DNA of 64,000 nucleotides from Selaginella moellendorffii. Lineage: Eukaryota; Plantae; Lycopodiophyta. The notes under the pieces are model-generated. The model did not search any database. It was given only the letters and a program-made list of their open reading frames with translations, and was not told the DNA's origin. Below are positions 52,089 to 64,000 of this stretch, in pieces. The position numbers and the translations under genes were made by a program. The stretch's first letter is position 1, and each line of letters opens with the position of its first letter. The stretch spans positions 1,758,463-1,822,462 of the forward strand of contig NW_003314266.1 in NCBI RefSeq assembly GCF_000143415.4. Direction: 5' to 3'.

Positions 52089-52235
52089 CCATCAACCATC
52101 CTGTATACATAAGGGACTGCTTATCACTTTTCTTTTTGCAAATAACAGGACATAACATAAGTAAAATTACCTATTTATTACAGTTACACTTGTTGTATTT
52201 AAAATTTTTTATAAAATAAAACTAATAATATTATA

Positions 52236-54457
52236 TTATAAGGTTTGTAAATATATATATGTATTACCCTAGCTAAGTAATACATTAATTATAGTACTAT
52301 AGTATATAGACTGTCCATTTGGGGATTGAATTTGGTCTATCTATTCTTAAATTTAAAAGAGAATGAAGAAATAAAAACAAAAAGCATAATCCTAAACATT
52401 AATGCAAAGCACTATTAGAAAAAATTTCCCTTTAAGGATAAATTATAATGCCCCTCATCTTCACCAATGTAAGTGCTTGGGATATAGGAATAGATATATT
52501 AATTAAAGTTTAAACCTCTACCTTATATATAATCTTTTTGCAAGATTTAGAATTTTAGCTATTAGTGCTAGCTCATCCTTGGTGTGTTGCCATTTCCAAC
52601 TTTTATTGGACATGATTACACAACTTGTCTTATTTTCAGTGTTCTGTCATATCTTGTTGATATGGAACATGATTGTGACTTGTGACATCGATTGGCGAGT
52701 TATGGATGATGTAGTCTGGTTCTTGGAGAATATTCAAGGACTAAGTTTATAAGAAGATGATGTGTATGAATTCGATTCTAGATTGTTTTGACAAGTTTGA
52801 TTATTATGGAGATAACTTTAAAGATGAAGTGGAGATTTCATAGGGTATCAAACTTTAAATCTGCCATCTAATCCTTTTTCTTTACCTTTTACTCTTTCCT
52901 AACCTCTTTTTATTTCTCAGCCTGAGCCACCTTCTCATGTTCCTAGTATTGCTTCTTTATTTGTAGTGTTTTCTTCTTTTGACATATCAATCATTTATGA
53001 TTCTTATGATTCTCATTCTTAATCTAGTATTGAGTTGAGTGTTTTCTGTCCTCCTCATATTAATCTAGATGTTAAGTATGTGCATGAAGTTGAGAATCTT
53101 GCTTTTGTTTCATTAGTAGAGTCTTTAATCAATTCTAGTATTGAGTATTTATTTGTTCTAATGGTTGAGTCACTTTGGCTAGAGTTTCGGATGTATGTCC
53201 CTACTTATGAGTGTTATTGAGAGCCTTTGCTTTACTATTTCTACTGAAGAATTTATATATTCCCTTGAGAGTGGGCGTTATTATTGATTTTTTTGTCTCA
53301 AGTGTTGAGTTGTGCGTTAAAAAGGTTGAGCAGTGTGAATCTTTTATTTATATTGTGGTGTCCGAAGTATTTTATAATAAAAAGTCCCTTATTTTCCAAG
53401 CTTTAAGCAAATATCCTTATTTTGATTTCCCCATTTTTGCATAGTCAGTTGTTATAAATTCCTCTTTTGATGCTTTTTTATCCACTTTTCCTTCTTCCAC
53501 ATTTGTTTTTCCTCAATTTTTCTCATTTTCTTTTTTCTACCCCAATACTTCAAACTTATTTTTCTTTGGAGGAGGGGTAGAGGAGATGGATAAGAATCTT
53601 GCCCTGATGATGGAGTGAGGATGAATGAATACAATAGTGGAGTAAAGATGAATGACATAGATTGTGAAGTAAGGATGAGTCCGAATGGAACATTTGACTC
53701 TAATGTAGTGATATCGAATAAATGGGATAGTGGAGTGAGGCTAAATATAGATGCCAGAGTGAAGACAAACATAATGAGTCCAAACAAAGATAGTGTTTCA
53801 GAACTTTTTTTCTTTCGAGAAGGGGATTAAAAGGATGTGGAAAATGAATAGAGTGAGTTTGACCTTTTATATGCAGTGCTGAATGACAACAGTGGTTGTT
53901 ATAGTTATAGTCCTAAATTTAAGTTAATGGTAGTCTTGGAGGATCATTAATAGACAAATTTAGAGATAGGATGTATTATTTGTTATACAATGGTGCTTTA
54001 TAGATTGTAGCATTTCTCAAAGTTCCTTGTTTTGGTTCAAAATTATGGTTACGTAGTTGGTTTGAGTATTTAAGAGTTATATATAGAGTTATAACTGATT
54101 CACTAAAATTCCATAGTTGAATGATACTTATACCATGGCTTTGGGTTTTGTTTCAATCATGGTTTTCAACAACTTTATTGGTGGTTTTATGAAAGCTGCA
54201 AATTCTTGTAATAGTTTATAATTGTTCATCAAAAGTTTCAAATGTTCCACTTGAGTTATTGCCATCACCTTTTTCATATTCCAAAAGGGAGGATAGTGTA
54301 AGGTTTGTAAATACATATATTACCTTAGTTAGGTAATACAATACTATAGTATATAGACCGTTTATTTAGGGATTGAATTTGGTTCATCTATTCTTGTATA
54401 TAACTAGGGGTCTAAACCTTAATTAATATACCTATTCCTATATCTTGAGCACTCACA
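52236..54457 (+). mobile_element. Decayed non-autonomous LTR element with ~160-bp LTRs, related to family A
   Basis: Direct repeats 52240-52348 and 54301-54395; PPT AAAAGGGAGGATAG before TGTAAGG at 54297; LTR ends GCACTCACA; PBS TGGTGAAGATGAGGGGCA is present but inverted. Confidence 0.72.
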
Positions 54458-55382
54458 ATATTAAAATAATAAAAAAAGTCAATATAAATTGTGTGATTCA
54501 TTTAATTTATTATTTTCTATATTAAAATAAAAAATAAAGTCAATATTCTACTTAGTTTTGAATTAAATACTTTATTGGTATTGCAGTATTATATTTCAAA
54601 ATTACTTAGAATGCCCACTTGTTTTCAAGATAATAAAGAAAAATTAAATATTATAGTTACAAAAGGTAGAATTGCCTACTTTTGTTTATTATAACACAGA
54701 AAAATTAATAACAATAAATTATAAACTAAGAAACAGAAATAATCAAGGAAACAATTTAACAAATATAATTTGCTGCGTGTTGCATGTAGAAATGTTTAGT
54801 TTTCTTTATAGTAGTGTTATTCTTATTTATGAGTTAAATTTAGCAAATGGAAGTTTATAATTATAAGCATGTTTATAATTTATAAACACAAAATTAAAAT
54901 TATTTAATATCAACCATTAGATGGTAGAAAAAACACTAGGAAGTGTTTAGGAAAGTTTATAAATTATAAATGTGTTTATAAATTATAAATACAAGATTAA
55001 TCTAATTGAATAACAACCATTAAATGGTAGAATATCCTAGAATATTCAAACATACTCTAACCACCCACTCCCTTACAGATTTTGCTTAAGCAAACCAATA
55101 AAAGTGTTAGTAAGAGTGTCACTAATAATAGATATACAAAAATCCTAAATTTAATTAATTAGATACCACACTAGGAAGATACTACTTGGTAGAATAATTT
55201 AGAATGATTATTATTGCTATAATTTATATTTTTGGTTTGCTTAAGTAAAATTGTAAGAGGACTCAATTTTATTGTTTTTGATGTAGCAATACACAAGATT
55301 GAGACGGTAGTGAATATACCTAGAATATGCTTGGATATTTTAGGATATTCTACAATCTAATGGTTAATATTCATTTAGATTA

Positions 55383-56693
55383 TGTGAGGGCCAAGTGTAC
55401 AGCTACGATGGCGTATACTAATATTAGTGTAGTGGGATTTTGGTAGCCATTGGATTAGTTTCAATCCGGACCATTCGCTCTTGTATATAAGTTAGGGTTT
55501 TTGGGCTAATTGATATGCACATTTTCTATATTCCCTTTCATATTCCAAGCACTCACATTGGTGGAGGTGAGGGGCATCTTTGATTGTCCCTGATGAGTGC
55601 TAGGATTTAGGATTTTGGTTTAGATCTAGTTTTTTTCATTTTCTTTCTTTTATTCTTTCCTTTCAAATTTTTGGTTTAGATCTATCTTTTTGCATTGTCT
55701 AGATCTACCATTTCCTTCTAGCTTTTTGCCATTTATCTTCTTTTGCTCTTTCTTTTTCATTCATCTTCATGGCAAATCAACAATCTCCTCCTTTTACTCT
55801 AGAGCAGCAGTTGGTACAATTGCTTGATGTTATACGCTTGCAATTGAACAACCAAACTCAATTAATGGCGGCATTCACAGCACGTAGTACAACTCCTTTT
55901 GCTCTTGGTGCCAATCCTCACGTTCGGCCAGAGTTCTTTCATGAGAATCTTGGGGATGATATGTACCATTGGTTCGATCATTTCACAGTGATTGCCATAT
56001 ATCATTTTTGGGATGATGCTTGACATTTGCATGAGTTTCCCATGTGTTTCCAAGGGATGGCGTTGCAGTGGTATAATGGTTTGAGTGCAGCCACTCGTAG
56101 GGATTGGAGTGTTATCCCGAATGTCTTCAAATGCGCCTTTGGACATGCCGATGACTGTGATGATGCCTTCCAACAATTGCATCGTCTTTGCCAAGAGCCA
56201 TTTGAGTGGCTGATGCAATTTGGCATTCGTTTTTGAAGTTTTTTACTCCCGCCACCTTTGACGATGCTCTTCGTTTGGCACAACGTTATAAGACGTCACC
56301 TCTTCCACTTTTCGCTGCACATTCTTCAGCTCCACTTCCTATGGGTGATGGTCTTGCTCCAATGGAGGTTGATGCTACTGCTTCTCGAGTCCAAAGACAA
56401 GGGCAAGGATGTGGTCGTGGCCGTAATGTTCGCTGTTGGGCGTGTGATGAAATTGGTCATACTTATCGGCATTGTCGGTGTTTTCCGCATTAGCGACATC
56501 CATTTCCTGGGTGGAGACCTTGGCATCAGCAACGTCTTGTTGGTGCTGCTGAAGTGGAAGGTTTGGCCACCGAGGTGCATCCGGAAAACGAGTTGCGCGA
56601 GTAACGGAGGGACCTTGCACGAATAAGTCAGTGACCCCTTCATCTTTCTTTTAGGAGTATCATCAAGGGGTTCACTCGGCACCAGTTCATCTA
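55383..56693 (+). mobile_element. Gypsy element A, 5' half (5' LTR 55383-55557, tRNA-Ala-like PBS, gag)
   Basis: LTR is the reverse complement of 41532-41706; PBS TGGTGGAGGTGAGGGGCA; gag with PMEVD and the zinc knuckle CWACDEIGHTYRHC. Confidence 0.9.
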
Positions 56694-57102
56694 TGTAAGC
56701 TCCTGAGTTTTGACTTCCCGGGAGGTCACCTAACTTAGTACTATTCAAACCCAAGGACGCTTAACCCCTAATATCCCAAGACCCTTAACCGATTAGAAAA
56801 GGGGGTGCATTCTTGTTCATGGGCCTTTTCCCTTTATATTTGAACCCCTATAGATCATATCTCAAGTCGTTCCTTTTGGTTGCTTACAATCCACCACACT
56901 TCCCTGCAAGTTCATGCCCTCGTAAACGGAAGCTAAAAGCCACAACTCTCCTGAGAGTCCCGCTCTCTTGACACCCTACCCCTCGGGTCAAGCCCAGCGG
57001 AAGCAAACTGGACTAGCTCAATGTCAATCAACATATGGTGTGATTCCCCTAAGCCAACTAATAGAGTCAGATCCGAGACCCCTCTGATACCAAATGTAAG
57101 CT
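56694..57102 (-). mobile_element. TRIM-like mini-retrotransposon B (3' LTR 56694-56888, ~200-bp non-coding interior, 5' LTR cut to 8 bp)
   Basis: Minus strand reads AGCTTACA-TT-TGGTATCAGAG (tRNA-iMet PBS) ... GCAGGGAAGTGTGGTGGAT (PPT-like) - TGTAAGCAACC...GAGCTTACA. Confidence 0.8.
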
Positions 57103-60100
57103 GGAAGGAAGATACAATCTTTCTTGCTTATAGAAAATAAGTCCGTCTTGAACTGAGAAGTGAAGTTTCGCATTTGTGGAACTAGCAACTTTTGTTGCTT
57201 TACTACTAAAGTTCTACTTCGACAACTCTACATGGTGCAAGATTGCCTTTGCCAATGGATCACTTCCATATGAAGCCTAAATATCCTCCAACCAATCCAA
57301 ACTAATTGCCAATATTGCCTAGAATTGAGCTTGAACAATATTATCTTTACCAGGTTTATAGATAATTTCAATATCAAATCTAACAAGCTTCTTTTGCCAA
57401 TGAGCTTGCTTCGACATAAGCTTTGGTTGTGTAGCAAAGTAGCTTAGTGTGTTACTATATGTATAAACTTTGGTATATCCACCCAAATGATGTCTCTAGT
57501 GTTTCAATGCTAACACTATAACAAACATTTCTTTCTCGTGCGTTGGCCATCTTTGTTGGGTTTCATTCAATTTCTTGGAATAGAATGCAACGAGATAACC
57601 ATGTCACTTTACCGTAACACCAACTACTTTATCACAATATTTCTGTAACATGGCACCAATAGCATAGGCAAATATATCACAATGCACTTCGAAGGGTTTA
57701 TCAAGATTTGGGATTTTGAGAACAGAAATTGTAATAAAGATCTCTTTCAACTGTACAAAAGCATGCTAACAAGCTGGCGTCCAATGAAATGGTATATTAC
57801 TCTTCGTTAACTCAGTCAATGGAAGAACAATTCTTGCAAAATTGCAGATAAACTTGCAATAGTATCCTGCTAAATTGAGAAAAGAACGAACATCTAATAT
57901 AATGGTTGGGACTTCTTAGGATTTCACTGCTTCCACCTTCTTTAGATCCACCTCAATTATGCCACCACCAACTATATATCCAAGAAAGTTTAGGTGCAAT
58001 TATCCAAAAGCACATATACTTTCTTTAGCATATAATTTGTGTTCATGCAACTTCTAAAACACCAGCTCCAAGTGTTTCAAATGATCCTCCAACATTTCAT
58101 TGAAGATTAGAACATCATTAATATATAGGATAACAAATGTATCTAGATAATCTCCAAATATTCTATCCATCATAGTACTAAACGTTGCTAGAGCATTACA
58201 TAACCCAAATGGCATGACAAGGAACTCATAGGATCCATACCAAGTCTTAAATGCTGTCTTCTCCATATCTTGATCTCCCATCTATATCTGATGATACCCA
58301 AACCACAAATTAAATCATGTAATATATTTAGCTTTTAAGAGTTAGTTAAACAAGTCATTAATATGGGGCAAAAGATAACTATTTTTTACCGTGATCTTGT
58401 TGAGAGATCGATAATCAATATAGATCCTTATGGTTCCATCCTTTTTTATAACAAAAAAAACTAACACTCCATAAGGTGACTTGCTTGGTTAGATATGACC
58501 CTTATTAAGAAGCTCTATGAGTTGCTTCTTGAGTTCAACCATCTTTTTAACGTTTAGATAATATAGAGCCTTTATAGATGGTTTAAAACCTAGAATAACC
58601 TTAATCTAATGGTCAACTTCATAACGAAGAGGTAGCTCTAGTGGCAAATCCTTTGGAAAGATATCCTGATTCCATGCCAACAACTCATATCTCCTTTGGT
58701 ATAAAATCAACCCTATTACCGATTCGAATTAAGTCATTAACACCCTTAGCTTTGATCACTTGAACCCAAAAAGTCTGACATCCCTTCTTAACTTCTTTTT
58801 TAGTAATTCTTGCAATCAGGAACTTAACATCCCAATCCTTTGAGGAGTGTTTTTGCAATTTGAAAGACACATCAAGATGTCCTTTTAACATTAATGTGAT
58901 GTGACTTTGTCCAGCACCATAAATCCCTTTAATATATTTATTGAAGAAATCCATCCCAAACACCATTTGAAAATCTAGAATTTTCAACACTACCAAGTCC
59001 ACTCTTTTTTTCCACTTGGATATTTTTATTGAAACATCACTCATAAATTTTTTGGCTCTTTGTCTTCCTTCCGCAAAACAGAAGTATATGGGTGACATCT
59101 ACTCAACATTCAATCCTAACAACTTTCCGTGGATAAAGCTTACCGGATACATCAATGGATTAATGTTTGCTTTGACTATGAGAAAGGCTTGAAAGTAACT
59201 CACCTCCTCTTCCTCATAGTCTACATTGACTAACTCGTTAACCCCTTCAACTTTACCACCATTGTCTTCCCTCATGACATTAACAGGAAATCTTGTTTTA
59301 TGTTTGTTGGGACATTCCGAGGATTTATGTCTTGTCTCTCCATAGTGGAAGCAATGACCTACACTACCTATTTTGCTAAGAGCAAGTTTTGTAAGTTACT
59401 ATTTTTTGTACCCACCAAGAGGAGGAATAAAGGGCTTTGGACCAGAAGAAGTTGTTAGTGGTCGCCAACCACCACCTTTATTAATTGTTGCTTGTGAGCC
59501 TCTAAGGTAGAACTTTCTTTCCACCCTCTATTTCCGATCATTTTGTTTATTCCTAAAGTTTTTATTCTTGTTTGAGGTACCAACATACGGCTACTAGTAT
59601 TGTTTCATGAGTGAGTGACTAAAGACAACTTGTTGTGCTGCCTCTTTACACTCTAGGTACATTTTCAACTTAAACTTCAAAATTTCATTACAAGAAAGTG
59701 AACTTAAACCTTCTAGAAAATAACTTTGAGCATCTTCACTCATATTTGCAATCATAATGCACTTCTAAACAAATGCATTAACGTAATGCATAAGGTCCCC
59801 CTGTTGCTTTAATCACTACACCTCTGCATAAAGTCTTAGACTAAATCATCTGGCAAGTATTCCTTACAAATATGAGATTGCATCTTAGTCTAAATTCTAG
59901 TCTACCCTTTTTCAGTGCACACCTAGCACCACCAAGATCGGTGAGAAAGGATTGCACATACACAACTTTCATATGATCATTTACGTTTGCCGCTATAAAA
60001 TACTTTTCCATATCGTAAATCTAATCTTCCAAAACCTAATAGTTTCGCATGCCTTTGAAGTTGGATGGTTTTGGAGGCTTGAACTTTGAAACTTGTGCAA

Positions 60101-61077
60101 CTGGGGGTGGTTGAAGAACTTCATTGTCCTCAGAATTTGAAGAGGAGTCTGATTGCTTAGGTTTAATTGATTTAGCTACCTCAACTTCTTTATTCTTTTT
60201 TTTGTTCTCTTTCTTCAATTTGTGAACTTCCCTTCACAAATTCTCAATCTCAACTTCTTGAGCTATACACTGTAGTGGCATAGCATCTAACTCTTCCTCT
60301 TCTGACTTAGCCTTAACCTCTTCTATAGAATCTCTAACAAGAGTTTCCTCCTCTTGATTCACCCATCTAAAGGTTTCAGCATCATCAACACCATTCCTTT
60401 TCACCATTTTGCTAATTGCATGCATGGCATACAACATTCTTACCGAATGGTGCAATCCAACTAATTTTACACATGTTGTTTCGGATCTACTAAAAAAGTC
60501 TCTGCATATGCAACTTGAGTCAGAAAAATTTGACAAAAGTTAGATAGGAATCGCTAAGAAATTTGCGGGAGCCAAACTAATGTTTTAGATGCTTAGACAT
60601 GCATTCCAACCATTATCCTTATAATACATTTAGAACCCCATATAGCACCCCCTATTGAGAAACACACACTTTGGGCTTTCACTCCAAGCCTCCTTTAATA
60701 CCAAAAGTTAGTCTTTGGGATTAATTTAAAATTTATTAAATATGGAATGGTGCTAAATTGTGAATTTGGACATAAGATGAACATTATTGTATTCAGGACA
60801 ATCCTTACATTCTGTAGATATGAAAAATTAACAAATTTAAACATTTTCCATAATTAGTCAATCGAAACGAGACTAACATAAAGGGCATGATAGCAAAGGT
60901 GTTTAATAGACACGGTAAGCTATCATTTAGCAAATACTGAGAGACTAATCTCAATAATATGGGGGTTTCCAACACTAGCAAGTGCAAGCCAACAACATGA
61001 GTTTCTCATCACCATGTCAAGTATGCTTGACTTAATAACAACTTAGGATTTCCTTCTTTAGTGCCCTTTCAGTCTAA
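57103..61077 (-). mobile_element. Chromovirus element D, 5' half (5' LTR ~60600-61077, gag, protease, RT, RNase H), decayed
   Basis: KPPKPSNFKG gag start; FQMVFGMDFF; KTAFKTWYGSYEFLVMPFGLCNA; FDIEIIYKPGKDN. Confidence 0.87.
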
Positions 61078-64000
61078 TGTAAGGAACCAACTCCCCGAGG
61101 TGCCGTAGGCTCAAGGATCCACATGACATACGTTCCTCCGAATGCTACTCTACACCTAAGGGATGAGCTGAGTAGGCTGAAGCAGACCGAACCATTCAAA
61201 TGTGAATGGGTTTATGGCAAAGAGGATACTAGTCATGAATATGGGTGATATGGATGCATTCCATGCCTTCATATCAGGCTTGCAAACCTGGGCTCGCAGC
61301 GAGGTGATGCGTTGGAACCCGACCAACTACAAGGAAGCATTGGATGCATCTATCAAGGTGCATTTCAACAATAACCTGCAAAAAGGGAACACGACGGGGT
61401 CGGGGTCCATATTTAGCAAAGGGGCCAAACCAAGGAGAACATATAACAAAGGGAAATTCAAGAAGAGTTTCTCTAAATATGAGTCTTCAGGGTTTTGGAA
61501 AGGCAGATCTGGTGGCCAGCGAGCGAGTACATGGGGGAGTCAAACAAAAAGAAACAAACCCGCAGATAAGAAGGGCAAATCAGCTAGCAGCGTGGGAAAC
61601 AACGTATACTATAATTGAGGTGAAGCAGGACACTTCTCGAGGGAATGTCCCTACCCGAAGAAGGCCAGAGCCAATATGGCCATTAAATCGGGTGAAATTC
61701 AAATTAAGGTACGTGATTTAGTCCCTAACTCAAAGTTACTCATTACACGACCAACTTTGGTAGAGAGTCATTTGTGATATCTACTAGCCCTCCGAGGGAA
61801 GTTCAGAGGTAGCTTTGTTAAGATCCTTATTGACACGGGTGCTTCGGATAATTTTGTGGCTGCAGATATAGTCCGGCAAACCAGACTAACGGTGCAGCAA
61901 CTGGGCGAACCAAGGACTATAGAGTTTGTTCAAGGTAGCCAAAGCACTAATGAGGTACTTCGATAAGCAAGAGTCGAAGTAGGGACATGGAAAGCAAACA
62001 TCGATTTCACCATGTTAGACATGGCAGGATTTGACTTAATCTTCGGGATGGATTGGTTCAATCGGTTCGTGGTAGCCCTGCATGGACAAGGTAGGAACCT
62101 TGTGGTACTAGTGAATGCCCAAGGAAGAAGATCCAGGGTGGAGGCCTAGGATTTAAAGGTAGGGCAATGCAAGGCCAAAGATTCTTGCCTAAACCTAGTA
62201 TCCACGAGAGGACAACTCACTAAAGGAACCAAGGTAGCATTTTTGTGCTTACTCTCGGTGAAGAGTGACAAAAAGACGGGGACGAAGGAAGTACCTTTAG
62301 TGATCCAACGGGTGTTAGACCAATTCCAGGATACCATGCCGGAGGAGTTATCGGCAGGGTTGCCCCCCGCACGACCGATAGAATATAAGATTGAGCTGGT
62401 CGAGGGTGCTGAGGCAATGGTTTGTCCCCCCTATCATTTAAATAAAAAAGAATTCGAGGATCTCAAGCGCCAACTAGAAGAGTTGGTGGACAAAGGGTAT
62501 GTTAAGTTGAGCAAGTCGCTGTATGGGGCACCAATGTTATTTGTGAAAAAAAAAATGGATCTATGCGCATGTGCATAAACTACCGGTTGCTCAACAAGTA
62601 TACAAAGAAGAATAAGTACCCTTTGCCAAAGATTGAGGACCTGTTCGATAGGTTGGGAAAGGCAAAATACTTCTCAAGGATTGACCTTAGGTCAGGATAC
62701 TACCAGATCAAGGTAGCAGAGGAAGATGTCGAAAAGACAACCTGTCGAACAAGGTATGGGAGCTTTGAGTTTTTGGTGATGCCCTTCGGACTATGCAATG
62801 CGTCGGCAATGTTTTTGGCATTAATGAACCACGTGTTTGTACTCTATCTAGATCACTTTGTGATCGTCTATATTGACGACATCCTGATTTATAGCGAAAC
62901 GCTAGAGGAACATGCCGAACACTTGACAAAGGTGTTTGAGAAACTAAGGGAACACCAGCTGTATGCTAAAGAGAGCAAATGTGACTTTGCTCAACAAGAG
63001 GTAAAGTTTCTTAGGCATGTGGTGGGCAAAGACAAATTCAAGGTGGACTCTGAGAAGGTCCAAGCGATCTAAGATTATAAGCGACCATCAAATGTACACA
63101 AGTTAAGGGCATTTTTGGGGTTATGCAACTACTACCGAAAGTTTATCAAACACTATTCAAAAGTAACCCTACCTTTAATGGACCAAACGGGAAAATGAAA
63201 GATGGTATGGATAGCAGAATGCAAGGCAGCATTTGTCCACCTCAAAAGGAAGTTGAGGAAGGCTCCTATGTTAGCGTTACCAGACTTTGGTAAGGACTTT
63301 AAGGTAGAAATGGATGCTTCAGACTTTGCATTGGGTGCAGTTTTGAAGCAAGACAACCATTTAGTAGCATTCTTCTCAAAGAAGTTGGACAAAGCTTAAC
63401 GGAAGTGGCCTGCCCACGAGAAGGAATTGTTTGCAGTGGTTAAGGCCCTCAAGGAGTGGCAACACTACCTTGGGAGACACTTCAAAGTTTACACAGACAA
63501 TGTGGCAATGAAACACTTTTTGTCACAGCCCGACCTAAGAGGGAAACAAGATCAGTGGGCCAATGCTTTGGCTGAGTTTGATTGCGAGATTCTGTACAAA
63601 CCTGGGAAGAGCAACATCGTGGCGGATGCACTAAGTTGAAAAGCGAGCTTGAAGTTGGCGATATCTAGCGTGACAGCAACCTTTTGGGATGATGTGCAGA
63701 CAAAATATGAGAACGATGGTCTAGCACAAGTACCTCTGGCCTTCCCCACACTCGAACCATTTGTTCGAAGAACAACTTCGCCACACCTTCCGCATCCACT
63801 TCCGTTGTGGTGGGTATGAAATGTGCCATCTTTGAAAATCGGTCTACCACCATGAATATCGCATCAAACCCCTCACTTAGGGGGAGTCCCGTGATAAAGT
63901 CCATCATAAGACATTTCCACGGACGATCTAGAATTGGGATGCTTTGTAACAAGACCCCACTAGCCTTAGTCACAACTTTGACCTGCTGACATGTTGAACA
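61078..64000 (+). mobile_element. Gypsy element C (truncated LTR, gag-protease-RT-RNase H; integrase segment inverted from ~63742)
   Basis: ILIDTGAS; DLRSGYYQI..YIDDILIYS; DASDFALGAVL; YKPGKSNIVADALS; integrase MDFITGLP..VVDRFSKMAHF lies on the minus strand. Confidence 0.92.

Noticed and set aside
53590-53780. Imperfect ~24-bp repeat with short ORFs on both strands
   Set aside because: Lies inside a decayed LTR element; no evidence of an independent gene
48585-61069. Inverted ~400-bp repeats as the recombination substrate of the large inversion
   Set aside because: They are the two LTRs of element D, made inverted by the event; the breakpoints map to ~46365 and ~57102

Overview
Eukaryotic plant nuclear DNA. 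The tiny (~50-60 nt) introns, compact GC-rich genes, PPR debris and EUL lectin suggest a lycophyte such as Selaginella (inference only). The gene-rich parts (1-23.3 kb, 31.2-41 kb, 50.4-52.1 kb) hold a GH1 beta-glucosidase (5' half), DIM1/YLS8 plus a pseudogene, a class IV HD-ZIP factor plus a 3' fragment, CDT1, two tandem CRINKLY4-type receptor kinases plus a remnant, a UGT, a GPI-anchored GH17-X8 glucanase, an NSL1-like gene, a divergent H2B plus a pseudogene, a broken SET gene, a two-domain EUL lectin and four tRNA-type genes. The rest is nested, decayed Gypsy/TRIM/pogo sequence. Main observations: (1) a ~10.7 kb inversion (~46.36-57.10 kb) that can be reconstructed from split TSDs and two split retroelements, plus three smaller inversions; (2) an HD-ZIP IV gene with clustered GCATTNAATGC-like sites 4.5 kb from two CR4-like kinases, a possible linked epidermis module; (3) two cases where the duplicate survived and the original copy decayed; (4) a divergent H2B with DUO1-like MYB motifs upstream of its pseudogene copy. 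All alignments were done by eye.
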